A stretch of DNA of 64,000 nt from Callorhinchus milii (taxonomy: Eukaryota), in the NCBI RefSeq assembly GCF_018977255.1, contig NW_024704742.1:18974001-19038000 (forward strand), given 5' to 3'. The notes below the pieces were generated by a model. It saw only the letters and a program-made list of their open reading frames with translations, was not told the origin of the DNA and did no database searches. The position numbers and the translations under genes were made by a program. This document shows positions 39,193-52,381 of this stretch, one piece after another (positions within the stretch are counted from its first letter, which is position 1; each line of letters begins with the position of its first letter).

Positions 39193-41100
39193 TGTACAAG
39201 CCATAGCCAGGTAGACTCTGCTCCTCGGGTGAGGGAGAGGTGAGGTTTCCTTGAAGGTGCACTGGTTTCAAGGTGATGTGAATGGCAATGAAATGTTTTG
39301 AGTCAATGCAGGTCTGCAATACACCATGACACTGCTGACAGATCAGCTAGCCTGGCTCATCAGAAGGACTTGGACCAGTCACTGAGAGCAGGGAATCTTC
39401 ACACCCAGCTCCTGTTAACCCTGCAAGTCAAAGTTTCAATGGATAGGGCTGTTCTAGCTGGAAAAGTAGTAGAAGACTTGTTCTCTCAATAGCAAGCTAT
39501 GTGTTTAACCTCCTGCAGTACCACAGTGCACAATCCCCAAGTCATATCTCTTGCCAACCTGCACAGAGTATTCTCCAGAATTAAGGATGCATTCCTCCAG
39601 GGAGAGAATGCACATTCATTCCAACCAGTGGGAAATTTCAATGTGTAGTTGGTGTATAGATGTGGAACTCTCAATCTGCGTTGGATACTCAAGCAATGGT
39701 GATAGATTTCTGTATATGTCAGACAGCCAGCTGACCAAAACAAACAGCTAAGCACATTGTAAAAATGTAAATACAACACAGAATACACAATGGATAAAAT
39801 AAAATTGCTTCATTGTGACAGGTTGACACTCATTTACAAGTTAAAGCAGCTCAGACCTGCTCAGGAATTGGCCTCATAGTTTATGACAAACTATTTTTCA
39901 GTACTTTGCAACCTGGCACCACACTCTCTCTCTCACTTCTGTTTATTATATGTATAACTAAAAGCATAATAAATACGACAGAAATTGGACACATGCATTT
40001 AAGTATTTGCCTAATTAGACCGATGTGAGTGATCTAAATATTACTCACTTTGCAAAATACCTGAAGGGTTGAAAGTGCTTTTTCACCACAGAAACTTTCT
40101 CCAGGAAAAGTGCTGATTGTGGCTAATTTATTACAGTTCCTGACTATAGTTGACTTCACATGGAGTTTTGTGTTTTAATCTGGCATCATTTTCACATTCC
40201 TATATTTTCTCAACATTGTTTAATTTAAATGCAGTATGACTTTGTGACATGATCAGAAAATAAGTGCTGTGGAAAATCATGCTATTTCATTATATATAGT
40301 CATTTGAAATTTTATTTCAGTCACTGCAGCCCGTGAAGGTAAATTCCAGACAGTTCCCAGGGTTTCTTTTACAGAGGAATGGAGTACAGTTTTACAACAT
40401 GTTGCTAGATTTTTGCTATAATTCATGGTGTAGAAGTACAAAGCAGGACCACAACAATATAACAATCTGCAGCATAAGTGATTTTGACAACTAAACAAAC
40501 ATAGTATGAAACACTTGTCTTGCTTTGCTTTATCATGTGCTTTGAGTACTTACAGGCACACAGATGCATATGGTATATATATACATTGTTAAACTTTCCC
40601 ATGGAAATCTGCAATAATATGATGCATGGAACTGCTTAGCTTTCAAGTGTGAGGCTAGCATTTACTTCAGCAAAATCAACCACATGTCTTCCTTCAATTG
40701 CCCAAACATATCCATTTGACCCCTAATTCACTTCTTCACTCATAGAAGGAGGAGTGGGTGGTGATGTGATAATTATTACTCCACATGCTGCAGTTTGTCT
40801 CCCATCACCATTAACAATTTCTTGAAATAGATAAGGTTTTGTTTTTAATTTTTGTTGCTGATTTCCATCATTATTAGAAGGGGCATCTGATGAGATTGCC
40901 CCTCCTATTTAGCAAATTAATGTGTCATCTGGAAATGTATGTGGGATAATGCATGTTATTTTCTATTTTAATATCGCTTTGTAATAGCAAAATGCATGAG
41001 CATTTTGCATCAGGTGTCAGGTGGTTCAGTTGGTGTCACTCTCTCCTCTGAGTTAGAAACTTACGGGTTCCGACCCGTGGTCAAGACTTGACCTGAGTTA

Positions 41101-41420
41101 TAATAATCCTTGCATTTGATATAGCGCTTTTCACGTCTTCTAGACGTCTTAAAGCGCTTCACCGAATATACTGTGAAGGAAATTAATTGTATATTTTGTA
41201 GGCGAAACGCAGCAGCCCATTGCGCCCAGTAGTGTCCCACAAACAGTCGTGGATTGAAGTGACCAATTTTATCATTGTATTTTTTTCTTGAGGGATTATT
41301 ATCAGGTGTGTGGAGTAAGGAAACTTGCCCAAGGTTTTGCCCTGCTGGGAATCGAACCCAGGTCTCTCGCTTGGGAGGCAAGTGCTCTAACCACTGAGCT
41401 ACAGGACTAAGCTACAGGAG
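41101..41420 (-). mobile_element. tRNA-headed SINE, short form, inserted in a Deu-SINE head
   Basis: Same family as 15131-15463; flanked by GAGTT repeats. Confidence 0.88.
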
Positions 41421-42464
41421 TTCAGAGGTTGACATTCCATTGGGCTGTTTCTTTAGGTTTTTTTAACAATACCATAACACTAGTCAAAAAGAGGGGGGAG
41501 CCTATAGTAATCGTTGCATTTGGTATAGCACTTATAATGTTGAGATCATCTCAAAGAGCTTCAACAAGTTCTGTGAAGTATAATGACTGGGCATTTGTGA
41601 CTGAAACTTTCCTATGTGCAATGGGTGGAGTATTTACCCTCACAAGCTCCCATAAATAATACTGCATAATAATCCTTGCAATTGATATGGCGCCCAATCA
41701 CATTGCTGAGGTGTCTTAAGGCGCTTCACAGGACATACTGTAAAGTGTTGTGACTGTGTGTATTTTGTGCGTGAAGGCAACAGGCAATCTAGGCGCAAAC
41801 AAACAACCGTGACATGTGACAGTTAGTACTGTAACGTGCTTTGAGACATTTCAATGTGACAACTTTATGATCGTTTCTTTCCTTTACGTTACTTTATTGC
41901 ATTCAGTGGATTGGAAACAGATCTGTAAAAACGTTTTTTCACAGATATCAATTTCTAAAAAGAGAAATCTACCAATGCATAGCAGAAGGGTCATTCCTGA
42001 ACTTGACAGACAAACACACTTTATTATCCCCTGATTGGTAAATTTACTGACGTTTATCGTGTGAGTTTAAAATATACCGTATGTTCTTTTTCTGAGGTCA
42101 CATCACACCAATGTTGGTAAATTTCCTGGTAATGGGAGAATCACCACACTCTGCTTCGCTTAACAGAATGTCCAACTTCAACAACACTGAGAAAAAAATA
42201 TTCTCCTTGAAACAAATTCTGCAGAATCTATAGAAAATGAATTGATGCTCCCAAAGCGTCCTTGCTGCACAGGTTTTCAGGCGTGTCTATTACTTACCAT
42301 GTGCCCCAATAGAATGATATAGTGTTCAGTAGTGAATCACTTAAACTACTTTCTTTTAAAGTATTCCCCTGACAGTATGATCAAGTAACACCAGGTTTGT
42401 TTAAAACACAGATACGTTAGAGGAGCTTGAAAAGATGACTGCATTTGTGAATGGGATCTGACAA

Positions 42465-42985
42465 AATAATAATAATCCTTGCATTTGTTGTAGTGCCCTA
42501 TCATTGAGACATCTCAAAGTGCTTCACAGGGTTTTACAGCAACAATAAACACAAGTTAAATTTGTATAGTGTCTTTCACGTCAGGAGGCCTTCCCAAGGT
42601 GCTGAGTGCACTGCATATTTATTGTGAAGTGCAGTGACTGTGTATTTGTAGATGAATGCGGCAGACAATTTTGTGCACAGCAATATCTCACAATATAACA
42701 GCGATAATAAGGTGAATGACCATTTTTGTTTGAGGGATCGTTGACCAGAACAGAAGAACTCCCTTCTCTTTTTGAATTGTGCGTGAGATATTTAATGTCT
42801 ACCTGATCAGGCAGACAGGCCCTCAGGTTAACGTCTCATGCGAAGGATGGCACCTCCAGCAATATAGCGCTCCTCCAGCACTGCTTGGAGGGTCAGTTTA
42901 GACTATGAATTTGAAGTCTTGAAATGGGCTTGGATCCATAAACCTTCTGATTCAGAGACAAGAGTGCTAACAACTGAGCCAGCTA
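42465..42985 (-). mobile_element. Deu-domain SINE with an L2 tail insert (~42540-42605)
   Basis: Head CTTCTGATTCAGAGACAAGAGTGCTAACAACTGAGCC and core TTAACGTCTCATGCGAAGGATGGCACCTCC (both read on +). Confidence 0.75.
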
Positions 42986-44429
42986 AATAGAAGGTACACG
43001 CAATCCAAAGTCAACTTCTGTTTGATTTCACTGGGGTAAAGTTTTCCATGTTTTGTAATGGTTTCCTTATGTTACCTCAAAGAATCTAATAGGAAATATC
43101 ACAAAATTCTTACCATTAAGTAACAATAAATTAATAGTTCACAGTTGATGGTTAGTCCACACAAGGAGCATGTTATGAATTGCCTCAGACTTTACCCATT
43201 ATCTTATCCAGTTTGGTAGTTGTTGGTGTTTTCTAATTCTCTCACAATACCCTTTCCTGAACTAGATCATCATGAATGCATTTTAAAGCTTGCTGGCAGG
43301 TGGTTCAGAGAGCAATCCAGCTTCCTGGGTTGATGTTCTCTCATCATCTGTGGGAGAACACCCAACTGACATTTGCAAGAAGGGAAATCAGTGTGAGAAT
43401 TATCAAACTAACAGCGGGCCTAGGACAAAATATTGTTTCATTGACAAGTTGCCATTTTGTATTTGTGGGTGAAATGAAATGTTGTGTAGAATATGGACTC
43501 CCCCCCCCCCCCCCCCCCTGTCCCACCAAGCTGCAGAGGTGAAGCAAATAATAATCCGCACATCTATAAGGCTGACTAGAAATGTTTGCAGCACATTCTG
43601 CTGTTACGGAGGGCCTCTGCATCATCCTACTAAATACTTCCATCAATATGTCAAAATGTCACATGCAAAATTAGTTACGCAATTAAATATACTTTTTCAT
43701 TTAAAAAAACCCTCATATTAGTCCTGGTGAAATGCTTTGGTTACATTTAGAAACCTCCATGAATTGCTTTTGAACTTCCATCATTCTTGAATAATGCAGC
43801 CATGAGTTGTTTCATTTATTCTAACTGAGTGGAACTGTCAGCTTGAATCTTTTGGCCCAGTTACCTTTTCACCAATTTGTTTGCTAGGTTGTTCACTCAT
43901 CCATTTTGCTCAGCATTTGTGTTTTTGTGTTTCTGTGCTCTTATTTCTTCTCCGTTTATCTCAACATGTCTTCACCGCTTCTACCGAAACCAGCGTGTAC
44001 ATGTGTGGTAAAAACTGTATTCACTGCTTCTGCATTGAGCAGCATAATGTGGTCATCACCTTATTTCATGCTTTAAATTTCTATCTAGCCTGACAATAAT
44101 AAAAAAATCTGTCAGTGGAATAGTAGGATATTCAGAGTTCACTTGCTAATAGTGACAGTCAGCATCTCAACTCCCAAGTGTGTGAGCGAGTTGAACTCTG
44201 CTATCAACTTACAATTACACCGGTGGGAACGAGTGGAACATCAGGCAGAAATATATATCTTCAAGTGCAACAATGAAAATATTTGTGGCGCTGGTTACAA
44301 AATGTAAAGATTTATTTCTTGACAGAAAACCCCAAACGAAAAGAGCTGATAGTCGTCAATATAGTCGTACATTGTAATCAAAGGTGGCTGCGTTCATAAA
44401 GCTATCAAAACGTTCCAAAATAATCTCAA

Positions 44430-45265
44430 CCACGTGCACTGAATGGCCAGAAAGAAAACCAAGGTCCATCCAGTTTACCTTCCAGCATCCTGGCAGTCGC
44501 ACATGACATGTTGTGTCCCAAACTATATATATTATTTTGAGATATTATTTCATAACAGAAATCTATCTAATTTGTTCTTGATAGAATCATCTCTTTCTGT
44601 TTCCATAGTCTCCGTAGCCTGATCCATAAGTTCACTACTTGCTCATTGAAGTAGTGGTTCCGCAGATATGTTCAGAATTTACCCTCTTCAATTGCAGGCC
44701 GTGTCTTCTGGTTCTACTGTTAAGTATAAGATAAAACAGCTTATCATGGTCTAGTCAACATTATATCATCCCTTTGGAATTTTAAAAAACTGTAATCATA
44801 TCGCTCCTCAAGCTTCTCTTCTCCAGTGTGAACATGCCCAGTTTACCTAATTGCTCCTCATAGTCCATCCCTTCAAACCCTCAATCATTTTGGTTGCCCT
44901 CCTCTGTATCCTCTCAATCGCTGCAGTATTCTTTTCATATTGCAGTGACCAGAACTCCACACAGTAATCCAAGTGCAGTCTCACCAGTGATTTATAAAGT
45001 GGCAGGATTATTCCACTATTTTGGCTCAATATTACCCATTTAATAGAACCCAGCATCTGGTTTGCCTTATTCACTGCTACCGAGCACTGTTGTGATATTT
45101 TTAATTTATTGTCAATCAGGACCCTTAGGTCCTTTGAATTTTCCATACAGATTATTTTCTTTCCATTTAAATAATAGTCCCATCCTGGATTCTTCGTCCC
45201 CATGTGAAGCACTTTCCATTTCTCTACGTTGAATTTCATCTACCATTGATCTGCCCAATTCACCA
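44430..45265 (-). mobile_element. CR1 LINE 3' fragment
   Basis: ORF 44847..45239: MKFNVEKWKVLHMG...PLYKSLVRLHLDYCVEFWS...IERIQRRATKMI, a canonical CR1 ORF2 C-terminus. Confidence 0.92.
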
Positions 45266-46229
45266 TGAATCTTTACAAGCTTGTTTTAGTTAGATGCTTT
45301 TTTATGTTCTTTTATTGTTATGCAATGACTCAAACCAATATTGCCGATAAACTTTAGGTTCTGCGACATATATCAAGTTCCTTATTATACCACAATATTT
45401 ATTTGCAATAAAAAATGTTGCACAATGCATTGTATTATGAGGCAAAGGTCTGTTTCTGTTCAGTTTTGCTCGATGTGCAGTTCCTCAAATACTCATGAGT
45501 AGCTTTGAATTCTGCATGCCAATGGCCAACAGCACTTATTGTGGCAGATAGTTTGTAGAAATTCCTATTCAGATTGGCCAAATGATCAGTTTTCAGTCAC
45601 TACCAAAAATATCTGCTGTTTGTTTTGCCATGTGATGGACAATTGGATCAGAAGAGTGTTTGTCAAATCCCATATTTGTGCCAAAATCCAATCTCCTGCC
45701 TGGTGCAGAACAGATGGAGAATATACTGTTGTTCAACAATTTTCCTGATGCATTTTAACTCAGATAAACTGTCATTTATTCAGGGCATTGTTATTCAGAA
45801 TAACTATGCTTCAGAGAAATTTTAGCGTACATGGTGTATTTTAAATCAGAGAGGCTGCAGTGTACACTATAGTGTATTCTAACTGAGAGAAGTTGTTGTA
45901 TACCTAGTGATGTGTTTTAATTCAGATGAGTTGTATTCTACACATTGAATTCAATTCAGAGAAACAGTATACAGGTATTCTAATTTAAATGAGTTGTGGC
46001 ATTATCAATTGGAATGTAAAATTGATAGGAGCGATTGCTATAAAATTCACTCCTTGGAAAAGATTCTGTATTTTTTGCATAGATGTCAGCCTTTCAATTC
46101 CCCTAACAATAAGAACCTGTTTTTGGCAACCGATTTAAAAAAAACTACTCTTTTTTCTAGAATAATTTTCTTTAGAATATAAGATTCTATTCTTGATTGT
46201 TTTATACCTTGTGCCTCCATTTTCTCCTG

Positions 46230-46945
46230 GACTTTTTCACAGCTATTGCCTATCCCATCTTACTCCATCACCTCTCCACCATCATCTCGGCAGCTCTGCA
46301 CTTTCCTGGCTCTACTTCTATCTGTCCCAGGATCTTATCTGCATCTTCTCTAATGCCTTTACCTTCTGGCCACATACAGTCATTTGCGGTGTTCCTTAGA
46401 GCTCCATCCTTTGTCGCCATCTTTGCCTGATCTACATGCTGCCCTTGGTCATATCACCCATTTCCATATACAGATATCCACTTCCATATGTGTGTGGATG
46501 ACAACAAACTCTATCTTTCTGCTTTCACCCTTGACTCTTAAGACCACTGCTGTTCTGATAGACTGCTTATCAGACCCCAAGCCTTCAGGTCTTCAAACAA
46601 AATATCAACAAAATTTAAGCAATTAACCTTGGCTCCTGCTCTAGTTTCATTATTCCAGTCCCACATCGATCTAGACCATTGCTGGTCTGATAAACTGCCT
46701 GTCAGTCATCAAACCATCATTGGGTGAACTCTCAGCCACTTTGCCCACTTTCTGTAAATCTTTCCCTAAATTCTCCCATCTCACTCCCTTTTTCTCAGCT
46801 TTCAGCTAAAAATCTATCTCTTTGATTGCACCTTCAACCACTTCCCTCCAACCCCCAAATCACCAATCAAATGTGGGCTTCCACTCTGACTTTATAAAGA
46901 CGTTCTCCTATGTTAGACATTGCATAAGTGCAAGTTGCTGTTGGT
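46230..46945 (+). mobile_element. Degenerate L2 LINE fragment
   Basis: ALSWLYFYLS...GVP RT motif, degenerate YADD, decayed tail. Confidence 0.7.
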
Positions 46946-49032
46946 TACCTTTCCCAATTTCCTGTACTTTTCTATTTTTTATCAGCTCAGTTTTGCTTTC
47001 TTATTTTATTTCAAGCTATTTTCATGATGTGATTCATTTTTGTTTCAATTTTTACTTCTCTTTCTTGGTTTTCCATTGTATTCTGTTGCTTTTGTTTCGA
47101 CACACTGTTCTCTAACATAGGCACATAGGAAACCACGGGACCAGGAAAGACTATTGCGGTCCATTCATCCAGTCCCAATGTAAATAAAGGAATTCTACAC
47201 TACTCTATCCCTCCTATTTACTCAATCAATTTATCAACAAACAGCTATTTAATTCCCTCTTGAGTTTGCTGACACAAACTACCTCCACTGCCTCATTGGG
47301 TTTTCCAGGTTACCGAACAGCAATATCAATGGTAAACTATGTGGTTTTAGTTGGTTAGACTTCAGTAGTACCCCCAATGCATATTCTGGGCTCCCCAAGC
47401 CTTGGCTCTTGCCAACCTACACCTTATACTCTCTGGAAATAGGTAAGCAGGGAGGGAATGTGCATTCTATTCCAACAATCTATCTCGGTGATTTCTATGT
47501 GTACGTGGGATGCATGGAAATCTCAACTTGGTTTGAATACTCTTAAGCATAGTGATGGGTTTCTGCATGTGGCTGACCACATGTAGTCAGCATGTTGCTC
47601 TGCATGTAAAATAAGTAAATCTGAACTATCTGATCACTTATTTTTGCTGTCAATTTGACACTGAATATCTTAAATGTAAGCCTGTAGTTGTGGATAGAAG
47701 CTTGCCTTTGAATATATTTTAACCTCACTCCTGCATATGAATGAAGCTAGACAGTCCTTCATTCCATGTTAATAAGAAACTCTTGAAAATGTGAAAACAA
47801 CTGCACATAATGCATTGTGTGATGTTGAGTTGGGATCAACTGTCAACAAATAACTAGGTTAAACTCACAGCAGCTTACACTTGTGTTAGAGGAGCAGTGA
47901 CAGAGGAGACAAAGGAGATCTTCCTTATTTTGTCTCTGATGAACAAATGTACTCACAATCTACAGAATCTGAGAGACATCTCTTCAGCATATTAAGGGTG
48001 GAATATATTGTGCCCCACAATTTACTGAACATGCTCGCCTTAGTTAGATTCCATTTTTAGCTTCATTATTTTCATGATTAATGTTCCCTGTTATTAAAGA
48101 AATCAGTTGAAATTATTGTAAAAGGTATCTAAACATCTACATACTATCTATGCACATCTTCATTTAAATTACAAATGACTCAAAAAATGACAGTAAGCTT
48201 TAATTTTTCACAGATGTGATTGGCAGAGTTTTGTTGTAAATCAGCATTATAAGGCAGATATCACAACAATAGACAAAAATGATAACATTGAATGTTGGCA
48301 GATGAATACTTGGACTGGAGTCAAAAGTGCGGACAATAAAGATTTCATGTAGATATTATTCAAACAGTAACATTTGTTTTCTAGCATTTTGAACCATCTG
48401 AGTACCACTGAGTGAACATTATCATTGTCAGGAAATGGTCACTGTGGAGAAGACCAACCTGGATTGCAATTCAATTCTTTGAATCATTTCATGATACTCT
48501 TCCTATTGAGAACATTACTCCCACAGGGACATTTTACACTGTGCTCTGCGCTTTGTATAATCATCAATTAGTACCATATCTCCGGAGTTGTTGTACACTT
48601 ATCGATACATTTACACCAACCTTAGAGGGATATAATGGGATTCATCATAAGATCACCAAGGTCAGTAAATTTACAACAAGCGAAGAGTGGCTCCTAAATA
48701 AGAGTTTACTTTCTGCCCTAGTAATATTGAAGAAAGCCCACTCACATCATCTCAGATCCGGCTGCTGTATGCACAAAGTGTCTCCAGTGATTTTTCAATG
48801 CTTTCTTTTGCAACGTTCCAAATTAGATTCATCTTAAGAAAATGGTTTCTTTGCAGGTAACCATGACAGCCATCTCACTAATACTGAATGTATTCATTTG
48901 CTGGTATCCCAAAAGCAGCCACACCTCTTGGCTGCTGATCACTCACAGTATATTCTGTGAAGCTGCTTGAGACATCTCGAAGACTTGATAAGGTGCTCTA
49001 TCAAATGCAAGGATTATTATTATCAGAACCGA

Positions 49033-49370
49033 TGTGGAATCCTATAGTTTAGTGGTTAGAGCTCTCGCCTCACAAGAGAGGGGTCCTGGGTTTAATTCCT
49101 GAGCAGACCAAAATGTTGGGCAGGTTTCCTGACTCCACATGCTTCTGTTTACCTAGCAATAAGTAGGAACCCGGATCGCTTTTCCAGGGGTAATAATCTC
49201 ATAAAAATATGTGGGTGACTCAGTCCATGACTGTTTGTGGGACACTGCTATGCGCAATTGGTTGCTGCTTTTTTACCACAAAATATACAGTCACAGTATA
49301 TTCTGTGAAGCACTTTGAGACATCTTGAAGACGTGATAAGGCGCAATATCAAATGCAAGTATTATTATAT
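49033..49370 (+). mobile_element. tRNA-headed SINE, long form
   Basis: Head, CTGTTTACCTAGCAATAAGTAGGAACC segment, Deu-like 3' body and tail. Confidence 0.85.
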
Positions 49371-50959
49371 TCTAACTGAAGATGCTATCAGCCCCGGCAG
49401 ATGAATAGATTCCAACTCAGACTTTGAGATTAGTTCCCAGGTTTCTTAATGAAAGTCTTTGGTTGGTGCAGTGTTCACTTTCCTTCTCACTGTTATTTCA
49501 AGAAAGCACAAGCTATTGCACTCTTTGCTGTGGGAAAGGAAAAAAGAAATAACAGAGGTAATAGGATGCAAGTATGAAAATGCTGAAAATGAAAGGGAAA
49601 ACTATGGATGGTAAGTGATTACATATGAACACAAAGGCACAAGGCTTGAGGAGTAAAAAAAAAGGCCATCTACCTAGACTTGACATTTAGCCCCTCCTTC
49701 AGAACCTGCACTATTCCAAAATCTTCCATATCATATTTACTGTTCAATCAGAAATCTTTTCGATGCTTCAACTGAGTCATCGTTTTGTGTACCATGTGGT
49801 AGTCTGATAAATAATACCCACACTCTACAAGAGACTGGGACCAGCACAAAAGAAGAGACGTAGCTACTGAACTTTACTACGGGATAGGTAGCAACAAACT
49901 ATTTCCTTTAGTTTAGAAATTAGTGCTGGGTGGGGTGGCCACAGTCTCAGAAGAATTGTTAGCAGAAAAGGTAGGGGAGAGGCTAAAAGGAATTTCCTCA
50001 CTCAGTGGGTTGTTAAGATATGGAATTCATTACCACAAGTGGCTATCAAGGTCTGATTAATAGAATCATTTAAAAGGGAGCAGGATAAGCACCTGAACAG
50101 TAAAGCCATTGAAGAATATGGTAGAGAACTGAAGCGTGGAATTGATTTAATAAAAACGGTGATTACATTCAGAATAGGTCAAATGCCGCCCCCTTCTGTG
50201 CAGAAAATTTCTGATTCTGGGTCACAACCATGTTCATGCCAACCCCCCAAAATGCAGTACATTTCCTCATATACAATCCTGCAAGCGATTTGCTTAATAA
50301 GGAAAACGAACATACATCATGGAGTAACTCCGCTCTAACATCATCTACGTTTGGAAAGGAGTTTCCTTACTAAGAAACACTGTCAGTAATTGTTGCATAT
50401 AATACTAATCGTTGCATACAGTACCTTACACTTTGGGAGGCTGTTTTGAAATCCTGCTTTGCTGGTGTAGTGACTGTGTAATTTATAGACAAACACGTTG
50501 TGCACAACAAGGTTCCACACACAGCCATCAAGTGAATTCCCTTCTCTTTTCAACATGGGGCTTTAGGATCCATTTGAAAAGGCGGACAGGAAACCAGCAG
50601 ACCACGGTTTAAAATCTCATCCAAAGCATTGCAGTGGAGTGTCAGTCTGGAATATTAGTTCAAACCCTGGCTTGGGGCCTGAACCCAAAAGCTTCTGACA
50701 GAGGCAAGAGTGATACCAATTTGTCCCAGACTGACACCATTAATTTGTTTATTTGTGTTTTTGAAGTTTTTTTAATGTAATTCAAAACCGACAGCCCTTC
50801 CCACAACAACACTTGTATTTCTTTCAATCCCCATTATTTTAGGTCTGCTTACTCTATGGAACTATCCCCCAATCAGACAAGCTGACTTGCTTGCAGTCCA
50901 TTGCCATGATGCAATATATGTATATATACGTATATAAGACTGCATTCCCTTTGATATTT

Positions 50960-51186
50960 CCTGGTTATTAGTCGATTGGCGGATCTCTTTCCAGGGGGAA
51001 TAATCCCTCATAAAAAAAATTGGTCACTCAATCCACTACTGTTTGTGGGACACTGCTGTGCACAATTGGCTGCCGCATTTCGCCCACAAAATGCACAGTC
51101 AATCCTTTTTACAATATATTCTGTGAAGCGCTTTGAGACACCTCAACAACATGAAAAGACGCAATATCAAATGCAAGGATTATTAT
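50960..51186 (+). mobile_element. 5'-truncated tRNA SINE, long form
   Basis: Starts at GGTTATTAGTCGATTGGCGGATC and ends ATCAAATGCAAGGATTATT. Confidence 0.8.
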
Positions 51187-51391
51187 TCTCCTTCCTCCCA
51201 ACATCTCCTTCTGACACCTTAGCTAAAATTGTTTATTCATGTTACATCAAATTTGCTGCAGCATGTCCTGCCTTCTTATTTTGCTTTCATACAGCCTAAA
51301 CAGAATACACTCAGTTTTGTATTGTAAATTGTCTTGCCGCTCTGTAGTATTTGACAGTGAGATTGATCAATGGTGCGTTGTGTTTTGCTAG

Positions 51392-51688
51392 GTTGGAGAA
51401 AACAGGTGCAAAAAAGTTTGCACTTCGAAATCTGACCTGAGATCGAATGACTTCAGCATCGTTGGAAGTTTGCCACGGGACTTTGAGCTGTCCAACTACG
51501 ACTGCTATGGAAAACCTATAGAAGTTAACAATGGCCTTGGGAAACTCCAGTCAAAAAATAATAAGAAGCCCCCTCCTGCTAAACCTGTCATCCCAGCTGC
51601 AGCCAAGAGGATTGACCTCTATGCAAGAGCTTTGTTCCCTTTTTGTTTCTTCTTCTTTAATGTGATATATTGGTCTGCTTACCTATGA
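51392..51688 (+). CDS. glrb: glrb exon 10: gephyrin-binding motif, proline-rich SH3 ligand, M4, stop
   Basis: ttttgctag acceptor; [33 protein letters not shown]...[11 protein letters not shown]...YWSAYL*; 297 bp. Gephyrin motif at 51452-51490. Confidence 0.98.
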   Translation, partial: VGENRCKKVCTSKSDLRSNDFSIVGSLPRDFELSNYDCYGKPIEVNNGLGKLQSKNNKKPPPAKPVIPAAAKRIDLYARALFPFCFFFFNVIYWSAYL

Positions 51689-52267
51689 TAATTCTACCAC
51701 TGGATTGCATTGTATAAGAAAAGACTCTCCTCCCCCACTCCCACATGTGTTACGCATAATGTTGCACTGTAAATGCTCTGCGACTACAACTTGATTGGTA
51801 ACCAGATGCATTCATGTAAAATTTAAATGACAGCATGAAATTGCAATGTGTATACTATAGCCAAACAGCAATGTATAGCTGTACAGCATTCAAGCTGCTT
51901 TGGGGTTCTTGAAGGATAAAACTAAGTTGCTGTGACAGTTAAGAATACTATATTTATAGGGTTGTGATGGGTAATATAAAATGTGCTACAATCTTTCTGA
52001 TACTGAAACTTATAGATGCACGTTTAGTGTCACTGGAAAACAGTTAAATATGCATATATATGTGTGTTAGTAAGAAGACAAATCTATATCTTCCAAATAG
52101 TAAAGGTTAGGCACTTTGATAGTTTTGTTTTAACTTAAAATGTGTGTCTCAAAACTGAGTTCCTCAATATTTTATTAATCAAATGTAACCTGTAATTCAT
52201 ACAGCTGACATTTTTCAAACGACAGAAAACAGATTCAACTATTTCTGTCAATGTAAACTTGTGAAAT

Positions 52268-52381
52268 AATAAAGTTTAAAATTCCCCAAATAATGAACAA
52301 AAGTGATGTATTATTGAATAGTTCAAATGTCACAATAGACTCCAAAAAACGTTGAGCTCAATAATACATAAAATGAATAAA
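52268..52381 (+). promoter_or_regulatory. Candidate polyadenylation signals (AATAAA at 52268 and 52376)
   Basis: Two AATAAA hexamers about 580 and 690 nt after the stop codon, in a repeat-free AT-rich 3' UTR. Confidence 0.5.
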
